Source: Candidatus Latescibacterota bacterium | Lineage (GTDB): Bacteria; Latescibacterota; UBA2968; UBA8231 | DNA length: 64,000 nucleotides | NCBI GenBank assembly: GCA_965206595.1 | Contig: OZ242214.1 | Coordinates: 1,152,001 to 1,216,000 of the forward strand | Direction: 5' to 3' | Shown here: positions 9,583 to 20,260 of the stretch, piece by piece | Numbering within the stretch: position 1 is the first letter of the stretch | How the letters are laid out: each line of letters starts with the position of its first letter | Translations under genes and position numbers: made by a program | The notes under the pieces: generated by a model | What the model saw: the letters and a program-made list of their open reading frames with translations, nothing else | The model's database searches: none | What the model was told of the DNA's origin: nothing

Positions 9583-12500
9583 ATGAAGGTAGAGATGATG
9601 CCCGTACCAGTCAAGAATTCACCCTTCCGTTGCGCAGCTCTGTTTCTCCTGGGCTCGTTCGCCCTTTCCGGGTTGGCCTGTCAACCCGGGGGGCCGTCCC
9701 CAGCGCGCCTGCAGGCGCGCTGGCACAACAATCAGGGGGTCGTCTACATGGACCAGCACAACTACGTGCGCGGCCGCGAGCAGTTCGACGCCGCGGCCGC
9801 GGCGGACCCCTCGTACGCGCTGGCCCGTTCCAACCTCGGGATCGCCCTTTTCAGCCTGGGCAAGTACGACTCCGCCCTGGTGACGCTAGACGAAGCCCTG
9901 GACCGCGACCCGGACCTGCTGCACGCCCACTACACCCGCGGGCTGATCTTCCACGCCCAGGGCAAGGAGCACGAGGCGGCGCTGGCCGCCTTCGAAGCGG
10001 TAGCCGCAGCCGACGACGACGATCCGCTGGTGCACTACTACCTCGGGCGCGCCCTGGGGAAACTGGAGCGCGGGGGCGAGGCGGTAGCGGAGTTCGAGCG
10101 CGCCATCGAGCTCGACCCTGCCAGCGTCTCCGCCCACTACGCACTCGCCCATCAGTTCCGGTTGCAGCAGCGCACCGCGGAGTGGCGCCGGACGCTGGAG
10201 AAATTCGACCAGCTCAGCCGCGCCGGACACGAGGGAGTCAGCTCCTCCTACCTGGGCCAGGGGAAGTACGCCGAAGCGCTCGCGGACGGCAGCTACGCAG
10301 GCGAGGCGCGCGCGGCGCCGGCCGCGGCGATCTCCTTCGAGCTCCGCCAGGAGGCTTCCGCGGGGGAGCCGCCGCTGGCCGCCGCCGCGGTCCCGGGGAT
10401 CGAGGGCGGGGACAGGCCCGGCCTGGTGGCCGCTACCGCGGCGGGGATTCGCCTGTGGTCGGGGAGTGACGGGAAGGGGTTGGGCGCGGACGAACGCTGG
10501 AGCTTCCCGGTAGCGGTGGAGGATGCCCGCGACCTCGCCTTCGGAGATTTCGACGGCGACGGCGACCCGGACATGGTCGTCAGCGCCGCAGCCAGCCATG
10601 CTGCCGTCAACGAGGGCGGACGCTTCGGGAAATCGATCCCCCTCGGCGGGGCTTCCTCGCGGTCGGTTCCCGCCGACGTCGACCACGACGGCGACCTCGA
10701 CCTGCTGCAGGCAGGGCCCGGAGGCAAGCGCCTGCTGAGCAACGACGGCAGCGCCGCCTTCACCGACATCACGAAAACGGCAGGGGTAGGGGACGGTCCC
10801 GGACGGGAGGCGGTTTTCTCCGATTTCGACAACGACCGGGACGTCGACTTCCTCGTCCTTTCAGCCGGCGGGAAGGTCGAGCTGTACGAGAACAACCGCG
10901 ACGGCACCTTCTCCGACCGCGCCGCCGACCGCGGCCTCGGCCTGCTCTCCGAAAACGGCAGCGCCATCGCGGATATCTGCGTCGGCGACCTGTCTCCGGA
11001 CGGGCGCATGGATATTGCCTCGATCTCGCCGGGGGGAGAGGTCCGCACCTATCAAAACCGGGATGGACGCCGGGGTTTCGAGGGCAAGGATACCGGAAAT
11101 GTCGGTCTGGAAGAGGCCCGCGGCATCCGCGCCGCGGACGTCGACAACGACGGCGACCTCGACCTCGTCGCCTTCGGAAAGGGCGGAATCCGTTTCCTGC
11201 AGCGCACCGGCGGCGGCTTCCGGCCGAGCGCTGCAGCGCTGCGCGCGGGGGAGGCGGCCGGGCTGGTGCTGCTCGAGGATTTCGACGGCGACGGCGACAT
11301 CGACCTCTGGTCCGACGGGGAGCTGCACGCCAACACCACCACGGGCGGCAGCTGGGTCCGCATCGGGCTCAGCGGCCTGAACAGCAACCTCGACGGGTTC
11401 GGCGCCAAGGTGGAGGTCAAGACCCGCAGTCACCAGCAGAAGCGGGAGCTGCGCGGCGGCAGCCGCTCCCCCTCGAGTCTCACCTTCGGCCTAGGAGCGG
11501 CCGACTCGGTCGAATTCGTCCGCATCCTGTGGCCGAGCGGGGTCCGGCAGACGGAGCTGGCGACCGCGGCGCGGCAGCGCCTCGACCTCGTAGAGCTCAA
11601 CCGCAAGGGGACCTCGTGCCCCATCCTCTACGCCTGGGACGGAAGCCGCTTCCGTTTCGTGACCGACTTTCTCGGGGGGGGCATCATCGGGTACCTCACG
11701 GCGCCGGGCGAGTACTACACCCCCGACCACGACGAGTACGTGCGCATCGGCGAGCTGGCCCCGAAGGAGGGGCGCTACGTCCTGCAGGCGGCCAACCAGC
11801 TCGAGGAGATCATCTACCTCGACGCCGCCGAGCTGATCGCCGTCGACCATCCCCCCGGGCTCGAAGTGCACCCGAACGAGCGCCTCCTGTCGGCGCCTCC
11901 GTACCCGCAGTTCGAGGCCTGCGCCCTCGCCGGACTGCGGCCGCCCGCGTCGGCCCATGACGACCGCGGCAACGACATCCTCGGGCAGCTCGAGCAGGTC
12001 GACGACGACTGGTACGACGGTTTCGAGCGCCTGCGCATACACGGGTACGCGCGCGAGTACTCGCTGATCCTCGACCTCGGCGATCTGTCGGGAATGAAGC
12101 GCCCGGCGCTGCTGGTCCACGGCTGGGTCGACTACGCCCACTCGACCTCGAACTGGGCCGCTGCGCAGGCGCGGCTGCAGCTCTCCTCGCCGCGGCTGGA
12201 GATTCCCGACGGCGCCGGAGGCTGGCGCACGGCCATCGCCGACCTGGGTGTGCCCGCGGGACTGCCGAAGCGGATGCTCGTCGACCTCTCCGGATCCCTG
12301 CCGGCCGGGGTCCGGCAGGTGCGTATCACCACTACGGCAGCCGTCTACTTCGACCAGATCCTCATCGGGGATATCGCCCAGGCCGGCGTTACCGTTCACC
12401 GCCGGAGATTCGAGGCCGCGGACCTGCACTGGCGCGGCTACCCGGAACACACCTCGATCAAGGGGACGTTCGCCTTCCGCTACGACTACGACCGCCTCGA

Positions 12501-12867
12501 TCCCTACACCGACTGGGGCACCCACGCCGGTGCCTTTACCCGGTTCGGCCCGGTGTCCGACCTGCTCCGGGAGGTGGACGACCGCTTCGTCATCATGTCT
12601 CACGGGGACGAGCTGACCATGGAAGTCGCCGCCGCCGCCTTTCCGCCGCTGGCCGAGGGCATGAGCAGGACCTTCCTGTTCTACTCGGACGGCTTCGGCA
12701 AGGACATGGACTTTCACAGCGCCGCCTCCCTCACGGTGGAACCGCTTCCGTTTCACGGCATGAGCAGGTACCCGTACCCGGCAACCGAATCCTACCCGAC
12801 GAGCCCGGAACACCTCGAGTACGTGCTGGAGTACAACACCCGCCGCGTCGCCGGCTACTACGAATAG
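9583..12867 (+). CDS. TPR + FG-GAP/VCBS repeat + ASPIC/UnbV domain protein (CRTAC1-like), probable lipoprotein
   Basis: LSGLAC lipobox; N-terminal TPRs; repeated DxDxDGDxD motifs; GAKVEV...LTFGLG...WPSG ASPIC motif; SCPILYAWDG. True start may be 9595/9598. Confidence 0.85.
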   Translation: MKVEMMPVPVKNSPFRCAALFLLGSFALSGLACQPGGPSPARLQARWHNNQGVVYMDQHNYVRGREQFDAAAAADPSYALARSNLGIALFSLGKYDSALVTLDEALDRDPDLLHAHYTRGLIFHAQGKEHEAALAAFEAVAAADDDDPLVHYYLGRALGKLERGGEAVAEFERAIELDPASVSAHYALAHQFRLQQRTAEWRRTLEKFDQLSRAGHEGVSSSYLGQGKYAEALADGSYAGEARAAPAAAISFELRQEASAGEPPLAAAAVPGIEGGDRPGLVAATAAGIRLWSGSDGKGLGADERWSFPVAVEDARDLAFGDFDGDGDPDMVVSAAASHAAVNEGGRFGKSIPLGGASSRSVPADVDHDGDLDLLQAGPGGKRLLSNDGSAAFTDITKTAGVGDGPGREAVFSDFDNDRDVDFLVLSAGGKVELYENNRDGTFSDRAADRGLGLLSENGSAIADICVGDLSPDGRMDIASISPGGEVRTYQNRDGRRGFEGKDTGNVGLEEARGIRAADVDNDGDLDLVAFGKGGIRFLQRTGGGFRPSAAALRAGEAAGLVLLEDFDGDGDIDLWSDGELHANTTTGGSWVRIGLSGLNSNLDGFGAKVEVKTRSHQQKRELRGGSRSPSSLTFGLGAADSVEFVRILWPSGVRQTELATAARQRLDLVELNRKGTSCPILYAWDGSRFRFVTDFLGGGIIGYLTAPGEYYTPDHDEYVRIGELAPKEGRYVLQAANQLEEIIYLDAAELIAVDHPPGLEVHPNERLLSAPPYPQFEACALAGLRPPASAHDDRGNDILGQLEQVDDDWYDGFERLRIHGYAREYSLILDLGDLSGMKRPALLVHGWVDYAHSTSNWAAAQARLQLSSPRLEIPDGAGGWRTAIADLGVPAGLPKRMLVDLSGSLPAGVRQVRITTTAAVYFDQILIGDIAQAGVTVHRRRFEAADLHWRGYPEHTSIKGTFAFRYDYDRLDPYTDWGTHAGAFTRFGPVSDLLREVDDRFVIMSHGDELTMEVAAAAFPPLAEGMSRTFLFYSDGFGKDMDFHSAASLTVEPLPFHGMSRYPYPATESYPTSPEHLEYVLEYNTRRVAGYYE

Positions 12868-12894
12868 CCTGCCCGCCAGGAGAGATCCGGCCGG

Positions 12895-14988
12895 ATGCTG
12901 AAGACCCTGCTGCTGACCGCACTCGCCTGCATGGGAGTGTACGGAGCGTCCATGGTGGTCGCCGTCAACCTGTTCGACGACGACCTTCCCGCTATCGACG
13001 AGCTCGAGCGATTTCAACCCAAGCGGATTACCAAGGTCTTCTCCGCCGACGGCAAGCACCTGCACAATTTCCTCGAGGAGAACCGCGAGCTGCTCAAGGG
13101 GTACGAGGAGATTCCGAAGGCGATGGAGGAGGCCCTGATCGCCATCGAGGACCGCCGTTTCTACTCGCACTGGGGCATCGACCTGCGGCGGATCTTCGGG
13201 GCCGTGTACGCCAACATCGTCTCGCTCGATCCCACCGCGGAAGGGGCGAGCACCCTGACGCAGCAACTGGCGCGCAACCTCTACCGGCAGGTCGGCCGCC
13301 AGAGCGGCAGCGGCACCTTCGACCAGGTGATGGCGACCTACGCGCGCAAGATCCGCGAGCAGATCACCGCGGTCCACGTCGAGCGCCTCTACACCAAGCG
13401 CGAGATCCTGACGATGTACCTCAACACCGTCTTCTTCGGACACGACGCGCACGGCCTGAAGTCCGCGGCGCGCCTCTATTTCGACAAGGAACCGCCGCAG
13501 CTGGCGGTCGAGGAGTGCGCCCTCCTCGCCGGGCTGCTCAAGGCCCCCAACTACTACAGCCCCATGGTCGATCCCGAGCGCGCCGCCCGGCGCCGCAACG
13601 AGGTGCTCTCGCAGATGGTGCGCGCCGGCACCCTGGCCGAGGCGGATTACCTGCGGCTGCAGAAGCAGCCGGTGGAGGTACGCAAACGGCAGCGGGCCGA
13701 GACCTACGGCCTCGCCCCGTACTTCGTCGAGCACGTGCGCCAGCAGCTCAACCGCGAGTACGGCCTCTCCCTGTACCGCGACGGGTTCAAGGTGTACACC
13801 ACCCTCGATTCGCGGCTGCAACAGATAGCCGAAACCCTGTTCGACGTCGAGATCGGCAAGGTTCAGGAGAGGGTCGACAAGTTCATGGCCTCCCAGACCC
13901 ACGGAACGCCGGATTCGGCGCTGGTCCAGGCCGCCTTCGTAGCCCTGGATCCCTCCACCGGGCACGTTCTGGCCATGATCGGCGGCCGCGACTTCAGCGA
14001 AAGCGAGTTCAACAGGGCGACCCAGGCCCTGCGGCAGGCCGGCTCCTCCTTCAAGCCGTTCGTCTACACCGCGGCCTTCGACAACGGGATCTTCCCCATC
14101 GACGTGTACGAGGACAACGCCATCACCATCGTCGATCCGGTTACCGGGAAGGTCTGGGATCCCGAGAACTACGACCACAAGTTCAAGGGACCGATGACGC
14201 TGCGCGACGCCTTCAAGCAGTCGCGCAACCTCGTGGCCCTGAAGCTGGCGATCGAGGTAGGTCCCGAGCGGGTCGTCCAGTACGCACACAACATGGGGAT
14301 CACGGCGCCGCTCCGCCCCTTCGCGTCGATCGGCGTCGGCACCAGCGAAGTCCATCTTCTCGAGCTGGTCGCCGCTTACGGCGTGTTCCCCAACAAGGGG
14401 GTGCTCGTGCCACCTGTGGTTGTCGAGCGCATCGAGGACTCCGAAGGCAACGTGGTGTTCGAGCCCTCGGTGATCCCCAAGGAGGTCCTGCGCCCCTCGG
14501 CAGCGGTGCTGATGACGGACCTGATGCGGTCGGTGATGGACGAGGTGGGCGGAACCGGCCGGGGAGCGCGGACTCGCTACGGCTTTCACTCGCCGGCGGG
14601 GGGCAAGACCGGAACCACCAACGAGTACGCCGATGCCTGGTTCATCGGCTTCACCCCGCATCTCGTCGCCGGGGTATGGGTGGGGCTGGACGACCCAGCC
14701 CAGACTCTAGGGCGGCAGCCGGGATCGCGCGCCGCGCTCCCTTTGTGGGCCTACTTCATGAAGGAGGTGTACGACACCATCCCCGAATACCAGAAGCGCC
14801 GCCGGCAGGACTTCGACTACCCGCAGGGGCTGGTCACCTCCCTGCCGGTCTGCGAGGACAGCCACAATCTGGCGACCCGATACTGCCCCAGGAAGTCGGA
14901 GGACCTGTTCATCGCCGATGGGGTCTTGCCCGAGCCCTGTCCCCTGCATGGAGGATCCGGGGGCCGGAAGCGGGACCAGAGGTTCTGA
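12895..14988 (+). CDS. mrcA: Class A penicillin-binding protein (PBP1A family)
   Basis: Transglycosylase EDRRFYSH, GASTLTQQL and RKIRE; transpeptidase SSFK, SRN and KTG. Confidence 0.92.
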   Translation: MLKTLLLTALACMGVYGASMVVAVNLFDDDLPAIDELERFQPKRITKVFSADGKHLHNFLEENRELLKGYEEIPKAMEEALIAIEDRRFYSHWGIDLRRIFGAVYANIVSLDPTAEGASTLTQQLARNLYRQVGRQSGSGTFDQVMATYARKIREQITAVHVERLYTKREILTMYLNTVFFGHDAHGLKSAARLYFDKEPPQLAVEECALLAGLLKAPNYYSPMVDPERAARRRNEVLSQMVRAGTLAEADYLRLQKQPVEVRKRQRAETYGLAPYFVEHVRQQLNREYGLSLYRDGFKVYTTLDSRLQQIAETLFDVEIGKVQERVDKFMASQTHGTPDSALVQAAFVALDPSTGHVLAMIGGRDFSESEFNRATQALRQAGSSFKPFVYTAAFDNGIFPIDVYEDNAITIVDPVTGKVWDPENYDHKFKGPMTLRDAFKQSRNLVALKLAIEVGPERVVQYAHNMGITAPLRPFASIGVGTSEVHLLELVAAYGVFPNKGVLVPPVVVERIEDSEGNVVFEPSVIPKEVLRPSAAVLMTDLMRSVMDEVGGTGRGARTRYGFHSPAGGKTGTTNEYADAWFIGFTPHLVAGVWVGLDDPAQTLGRQPGSRAALPLWAYFMKEVYDTIPEYQKRRRQDFDYPQGLVTSLPVCEDSHNLATRYCPRKSEDLFIADGVLPEPCPLHGGSGGRKRDQRF

Positions 14989-15088
14989 GCATGCCCGGAC
15001 TGGCACGGCCGACCTCGGGGGCGGCGGCTGTTCGGAACCATCGACTCCCCCCTTCCCGTAACCCTCTTGGCACAACGGGAGACTTTCG

Positions 15089-15787
15089 ATGCCGCAACTG
15101 AGCGGCGAGAAACTCGCCGAAGAGCTGCGGGTGCTCTACGATCAGGTGCCGGCGACCTGCTGCGCCAACTCAGGGGAGTGCTGCTCGCTGACGGAGAAGG
15201 AGATGGAGGAGGGGTACGCGACGATGTTCCCGCTCTACCGCGCCGAGTACCTCAACATCGTCCGCTGGGTGACCGAGAATTTTTCCGAGGAGAGGCGGAA
15301 GGAGCTGCTGGCGGTGACCGAGGAGCGGCCGCGGCGCTGCCCCTTCCTCGCGGCGGACAACCGCTGCTCCATCTACCCGGTGCGGCCGCTGATCTGCCGC
15401 ACCTACGCGGTGATGACTCCCGCTACCATTGCCGAGGCGGTCGAGCGCCATGAGGGGGAAGTACCGGAGCGCTGGATCAGGAGTTTCGCGATCCGGGAGG
15501 GCGGCATGGTCTGCCCGCGGGTCATGGTTACGCAACCGGAAAAGCTCGTGCGCCACGCGCACAACCTGATCGCCTCGGCTTACGAGCGCGCTCTCGTCCG
15601 CCTCGGCCGGAATATCGATCTGGTGGAAGGGGAGCAGCGTCAGAAGCTGATCCGCCGACTGATCGGACGCCGGCTTCCGGAGCGCTGGACCTGGGGCGGT
15701 TTCAACGCCCTGCGCTTCCCTCCTCTCGAATGGATCCGGACCAGCTTGGGGAAATACTGGAACAAGGCGGAGTTCCGCGAGCCCTGA
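15089..15787 (+). CDS. YkgJ-family cysteine cluster protein
   Basis: CCANSGECC, CPFL and CSIYPVRPLICR motifs. Confidence 0.8.
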   Translation: MPQLSGEKLAEELRVLYDQVPATCCANSGECCSLTEKEMEEGYATMFPLYRAEYLNIVRWVTENFSEERRKELLAVTEERPRRCPFLAADNRCSIYPVRPLICRTYAVMTPATIAEAVERHEGEVPERWIRSFAIREGGMVCPRVMVTQPEKLVRHAHNLIASAYERALVRLGRNIDLVEGEQRQKLIRRLIGRRLPERWTWGGFNALRFPPLEWIRTSLGKYWNKAEFREP

Positions 15788-15916
15788 GATTCAGCACGCG
15801 GGAAGGGGCGACCTCGATTCCGTGAGGTCATCGCCGATTTCTTCCGGCCCCGGGGGACGAAGCGGCACTGGTGAGCGCCTCGGGTGACAGTGTTCCCGGC
15901 GATCGGTCCCGGGAAG

Positions 15917-16765
15917 TTACGAGGCGACCAGGGAGCGCAGCACCCGCAGGTTCTCGACGTCCTCGGCGAGGTCCTCCCCCTTCGGGGTCTCGATGATCAC
16001 CGGGATATCCTGCAGGCGCTCGTCGTTGACGACGTTGCGGAACCCCCCTAGGCCGATCTCCCCTTTCCCGATGTGCTCGTGGCGGTCGACGCGGGAACCC
16101 AGCCCCCTCTTGCTGTCGTTGGCGTGGATTATCCTCAACCGCTCGAAGCCGAGGATTCCGTCGAACTGCGTCATGGTCGCGGCGTACTCCTCCGCATCGG
16201 CGAGGGGATACCCGGCGGCGAACAGGTGGCAGGTGTCGATACATGCGCCCATCTGCTCGCCGTTGTCGACGCGGTCGATGATGAAAGCGAGCTGCTCGAA
16301 GCGGTGTCCGAGATTGGAGCCCTGCCCGGCGGTGGCTTCCAGGCACAGGCAGACCTCGTTGCCCGGCACCTCGTCAAAGATGCGGTTGAGGTTGGCGGCG
16401 ATGCGTTCGAGGCCTGCCTCGACCCCGGAACCGACGTGGGAGCCCGGGTGAAAGACGAGGTTGGGAATGCGCAGGAGGTTGCAGCGTTCCACTTCGGTGA
16501 CGAAGGAGGCCAGCGACTTCTCCTCGAGCCCGGGATCGGGTGAAGCGAGGTTGATGAGATAGCTGTTGTGGGAGCAGGCGACCCCGATTTCGGTGGTCGC
16601 GATCGCTTCGAGGAACTGGTCGATCTCCGCGGCGGCCAGCTTCTTTGCCCGCCACTGGTTGTTCGACTTGTTGAAGATCTGGACGGTGTCGCAGGTCGCC
16701 TCCCGGCCGCGCTCGATGGCGTTGAAAACCCCTCCTGAGATCGATTGGTGGGCGCCGAAAAGCAT
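15917..16765 (-). CDS. nfo: Endonuclease IV
   Basis: GAHQSISGG, HNSYLINLAS, HPGS, EATAGQG, DTCH, HANDS, DRHEHIG and ETP motifs. Confidence 0.96.
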   Translation of the reverse strand: MLFGAHQSISGGVFNAIERGREATCDTVQIFNKSNNQWRAKKLAAAEIDQFLEAIATTEIGVACSHNSYLINLASPDPGLEEKSLASFVTEVERCNLLRIPNLVFHPGSHVGSGVEAGLERIAANLNRIFDEVPGNEVCLCLEATAGQGSNLGHRFEQLAFIIDRVDNGEQMGACIDTCHLFAAGYPLADAEEYAATMTQFDGILGFERLRIIHANDSKRGLGSRVDRHEHIGKGEIGLGGFRNVVNDERLQDIPVIIETPKGEDLAEDVENLRVLRSLVAS

Positions 16766-16767
16766 GG

Positions 16768-17220
16768 TCAGAAAGGCTTGAGGACGGCGAGGAGGACGAT
16801 AGCGATCATCAGCACGGTCGGGATCTCGTTGAAGACCCGGTAGAACTTCTGCGTCTTCCTGTTCTGCCGGCGCTCGAAATCCTTGCGGTAGCGCGCCATC
16901 ATGCCGTGCAGCGCCCCCAATCCGAGGACGAGCAGGAGCTTCAGGTGCATCCAGGCTCCGGTGCCCGGAGCGCCGGCGCCGGTGGCGGCGATCAGCAGGA
17001 TTCCCGTGACGAAAACGGCGATTCCCGACGGGTTGATGATGACCCGGAGCAGGCGGCGCTCCATGGTCTCGAAGGTGCGGTAGGCGTCGGAGTCGACGGC
17101 TACCCCGGTGTGGTAGACGAACAACCGCGGCAGGTAGAGCAGTCCCGCCATCCAGGCGATCATCGAGATGAGGTGGATCGCCTTGAGCCAGAGGTACCAG
17201 GGAACCAGGATCTCGATCAC
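16768..17220 (-). CDS. hemJ: Protoporphyrinogen oxidase HemJ
   Basis: WLKAIHLISMIAWMAGLLYLPRLFVYH, MERRL and FNEIPT...VLKPF. Confidence 0.95.
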   Translation of the reverse strand: MIEILVPWYLWLKAIHLISMIAWMAGLLYLPRLFVYHTGVAVDSDAYRTFETMERRLLRVIINPSGIAVFVTGILLIAATGAGAPGTGAWMHLKLLLVLGLGALHGMMARYRKDFERRQNRKTQKFYRVFNEIPTVLMIAIVLLAVLKPF

Positions 17221-17615
17221 GTCGTTCCCACCACCGCGACCGCCTCGACCTCGACCAGGAGCCCGGGGACCACCAGTTGCGGGGACATCACCGTGGCGCT
17301 CGCCGGCAGACGGCCGGGGAAGGCCGCGGCGCGGGCGTCGTTGTACTCGCCGTAGCGCCCCATGTCCGTCAGCCAGGCGGTGATTTTGACAACGTCAGCC
17401 AGGGTGGCCCCTGCGACGGCGAGCACCGCGGCGATGTTGGCGAAGACCTGGTCGGCCTGGGCGCGCATGCTGTCGCCGCCGACAATGCTGCCCTCGGGGT
17501 CGAACGCCACCTGCCCGGAGACCCAGATCGTATCTCCCACCTGGACCCCCAGGTCGTGACTGAGGTTTGCGGCCCAGGTCCAGCCGGGTGGACGCAACGA
17601 GATTCTTGCAGCCAT
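17217..17615 (-). CDS. RidA/YjgF family protein
   Basis: VSGQV, QVFANIAAVL, DVVK, PASA and VEVEAVA motifs; ATG at 17615 (GTG at 17621 is an alternative). Confidence 0.88.
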   Translation of the reverse strand: MAARISLRPPGWTWAANLSHDLGVQVGDTIWVSGQVAFDPEGSIVGGDSMRAQADQVFANIAAVLAVAGATLADVVKITAWLTDMGRYGEYNDARAAAFPGRLPASATVMSPQLVVPGLLVEVEAVAVVGTT

Positions 17616-17696
17616 GTTCACTCACTCCATTGGAAACACCGGCGGCATCAAGGCGCCGCCCGAGCCGGACAACCCCTCCGGGAACGCCGCCCAGTT

Positions 17697-17754
17697 ATCA
17701 TTCACAATGCCGGCAGCGCTGTCAATTGACCCCGCCGCAGCGGCGGTATAGGTT
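17697..17754. promoter_or_regulatory. Back-to-back sigma70-type divergent promoters
   Basis: Plus strand TTGACC-17-TAGGTT; minus strand TTGACA-17-AATGAT; the two -35 boxes form the palindrome GTCAATTGAC. Confidence 0.5.
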
Positions 17755-17809
17755 GGCCGCAACTGAGCGACTTATCCTCACGACGAATGTCCATCCCGAG
17801 CTGACCGCC

Positions 17810-19033
17810 ATGTTGATCAAGGACGTCAAGTTCTACGTACAGCCGGACGGCACCCGCCGCCGCAGCGCCGCGAACGGCGGCATGGGGACGCTTGAGAAGG
17901 TTCCCCCCGGCCTCTCCGGCCTGTTCACCCACTCCGCCGGTTTCCGCGACGGTTCGATCCGCATCGACGAAAACCTGATCGATCCCGGCGCCCTCTGCCT
18001 TGAGTACGCCGCCGCGGAGGAAAGCCCCCACTTCAAGTCGACCATCCGCCTGGTCACCGACGGCGGCTTCGACGCCTGCGCCAATTTCGGCGGCGGCTTC
18101 CACGCCGATGACCTCGAGTGGGCGGCCAAGGAGTTCAAGGTCAGGCTGGCGCCGATGCTGCTCGGGGTCGACGCCTTCGACCGCGAGTTCATCTGGCAGC
18201 GGCTGTGGTACGCGCAGCGCTTCTTCTACACCGGCCGCGGCTTCGTCGACATGGTCGACCGCATGCTCTGGGACCTGGCGAGCCGCTACGCCTGCATGCC
18301 GATCTACAAACTGTTGGGGGCCTCCCGGGAGCGGGTGCCGGCGTACCGCAACATCGGTGGGGACACCATCGACGCACTGGTCGCGAGCGCCCTCAAGGTC
18401 AAGGAAGACGGCTTCGTCGGCTGCAAGGACCACTCCTACCGCGGCGTCAAGGGGAACACGCAGCTCGGAACCGAGCTGCGCCGGGCCCTGGGGGACGGCT
18501 TCATCCTCCTACATGATCCAGTAGAATCCTACACCTGCATGGAGGCGATCCGGATCGGGCGCGAGCTCGAGAAGCTCAACTACACCTGGATCGAAGAGCC
18601 GCTGCAGGATTACGACATCCTGGGGTTGAAGAAGCTGTGCGACGCCCTCGACCTGCCGGTTCTGACCCTGGAGTGGATCGGCGCCATCGGCGGCCAGCCG
18701 TTCAACACCGCTCCCTACCTCGCCCTGGGAGCCGCCGACATCGTGCGCCAGCGCGGGGTCGGCATCACCGGATCGGTGAAGCAGGCGCAGCTCGCCGAGA
18801 GCTTCGGCGCCCAGGTTCACGGCGGCGATCCGCACACCATCCTCGCCAACAGCAACGATCCGATTTTCGAGGCGGCAGGAGGCGGTCTTTCCCCTCGCCC
18901 CCCGGACGAGGCGCTCGACTGCCGGGGCACCACGGTCGTCGAGAACGGCTACATGTCGATCGCCTGGAAACCGGTGCGGCCCGCGGAACCGGACTGGGAC
19001 GAAATCGAGCGCACCTCGGTCGCCGTCGTTTAG
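17810..19033 (+). CDS. Mandelate racemase/muconate lactonizing enzyme (enolase superfamily)
   Basis: DRMLWDL...MPIYKLLG, WIEEP and metal-ligand D/E/E pattern; start moved to ATG 17810. Confidence 0.85.
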   Translation: MLIKDVKFYVQPDGTRRRSAANGGMGTLEKVPPGLSGLFTHSAGFRDGSIRIDENLIDPGALCLEYAAAEESPHFKSTIRLVTDGGFDACANFGGGFHADDLEWAAKEFKVRLAPMLLGVDAFDREFIWQRLWYAQRFFYTGRGFVDMVDRMLWDLASRYACMPIYKLLGASRERVPAYRNIGGDTIDALVASALKVKEDGFVGCKDHSYRGVKGNTQLGTELRRALGDGFILLHDPVESYTCMEAIRIGRELEKLNYTWIEEPLQDYDILGLKKLCDALDLPVLTLEWIGAIGGQPFNTAPYLALGAADIVRQRGVGITGSVKQAQLAESFGAQVHGGDPHTILANSNDPIFEAAGGGLSPRPPDEALDCRGTTVVENGYMSIAWKPVRPAEPDWDEIERTSVAVV

Positions 19034-19039
19034 TAGCAG

Positions 19040-20260
19040 TCAGGCGGGAGGCGGGGTGCGCTCCTCGCCGCCCCGGATGCCGACGCTGTCCCCCATCTCG
19101 CGATAGTCGACCCCGGAACGGCCGTTCCAGTCCCACATCACCTCGCCGTCCTTCAGGGTCAGCTCGCAGACCAGGCGCCGGTCCCCCTCGTAGCGGCCAT
19201 CGAACGAGTCGAGATATCCGAACGAGCCCTCGAGCAGCTTGAGCACGGCGACGTCGGCAGCCGCTCCCACCGTCAGGTGGCCGTGCTCGGGGCGGCCGAT
19301 CACCCGGGCGGCATCGACCGTCGAAGCCTTGACCACGTCGTTGAGCGGCATCCCCATCACCAGGCATTTCGACATGGTGGTCGCCATGTCGAGCATGCCG
19401 ACGTTCATGCTCATCGTGTGCAGGTCGGTGGAGATCGAGTCGGGATAGAACCCCTGCTCGATGCAGGGAAGGGCGTTCGCCCAGACGAAGCTGCCGGCGC
19501 CGTGCCCCAGGTCGAACAGCACCCCGCGCTCGCGCGCCTGCCATAGGTAGGGGTAGAGGTTGCCGTCGGGGTCGCAGATCGGAATCGGCCCCCGGTACAT
19601 GTGGGTGCTGATGTCGCCGGGCCGCAGGCGCTCGCCGACCAGCTCGTAGTAGGGGCGGGTGCGCTGGAAGAAACCGAAGTCGACCATGACCGGGAGGTCG
19701 GCGCGCCGCCCCGCATCGAGGGTGCGGTCGACGGAGGTCCAGTCGGGACCGCGGTAGTGGGCGGTCTTGATGCCGACGACGATGTCGGCGTGCTCGCGTG
19801 CCGCGGCCGCGGTCCGCTCCGGATCCATGTCGGCGGCGTTCTGCTCGGTGCTGTCGGTGGCCATGCCGAGACCGGCGATGTTGACGAGGGCGTAGGCGCG
19901 GGTGTCGAAGCGGTCGATGACGCGGTGGCGGAAGTCGTCGAGGTTGCGCCAGCCGGACGATCCGGTGTCGGCCATGGTCGTCACCCCGGTGCGGAAGCCG
20001 AAGCCGTCCGGCAGGACGCTCCTGTCGCCCGCCCAGGCATCCCGGTTTCCCGGGGTGGCGTAGAGGTGGACGTGGATGTCGACGAGTCCGGGGGTCACGT
20101 AGAGGCCGGAGACGTCGATCGTTCGGCCGGCCTGCGAGGGGGGGATTCCGGCCTCGATCGCGGCGATCCTGCCGTCGGTGACGGCGACGTCGGCAGGGGT
20201 GTCGATGGAGTTTCCGGGGTCGATGACGTGGCCGCCGGTGAGCAGCAGGTCGAATGGCAT
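19040..20260 (-). CDS. Amidohydrolase/deacetylase-family metallohydrolase (dihydroorotase-like)
   Basis: GGHVIDP, PGLVDIHVH, GHGAGSF and ISTDLH; start moved to ATG 20260. Confidence 0.88.
   Translation of the reverse strand: MPFDLLLTGGHVIDPGNSIDTPADVAVTDGRIAAIEAGIPPSQAGRTIDVSGLYVTPGLVDIHVHLYATPGNRDAWAGDRSVLPDGFGFRTGVTTMADTGSSGWRNLDDFRHRVIDRFDTRAYALVNIAGLGMATDSTEQNAADMDPERTAAAAREHADIVVGIKTAHYRGPDWTSVDRTLDAGRRADLPVMVDFGFFQRTRPYYELVGERLRPGDISTHMYRGPIPICDPDGNLYPYLWQARERGVLFDLGHGAGSFVWANALPCIEQGFYPDSISTDLHTMSMNVGMLDMATTMSKCLVMGMPLNDVVKASTVDAARVIGRPEHGHLTVGAAADVAVLKLLEGSFGYLDSFDGRYEGDRRLVCELTLKDGEVMWDWNGRSGVDYREMGDSVGIRGGEERTPPPA

Noticed and set aside
11491-14661. Long antisense and alternate-frame ORFs (also 6701-8764, 25078-26904, 53973-55979, 61347-63152)
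   Set aside because: They shadow well-supported genes, lack motifs and are expected in high-GC DNA
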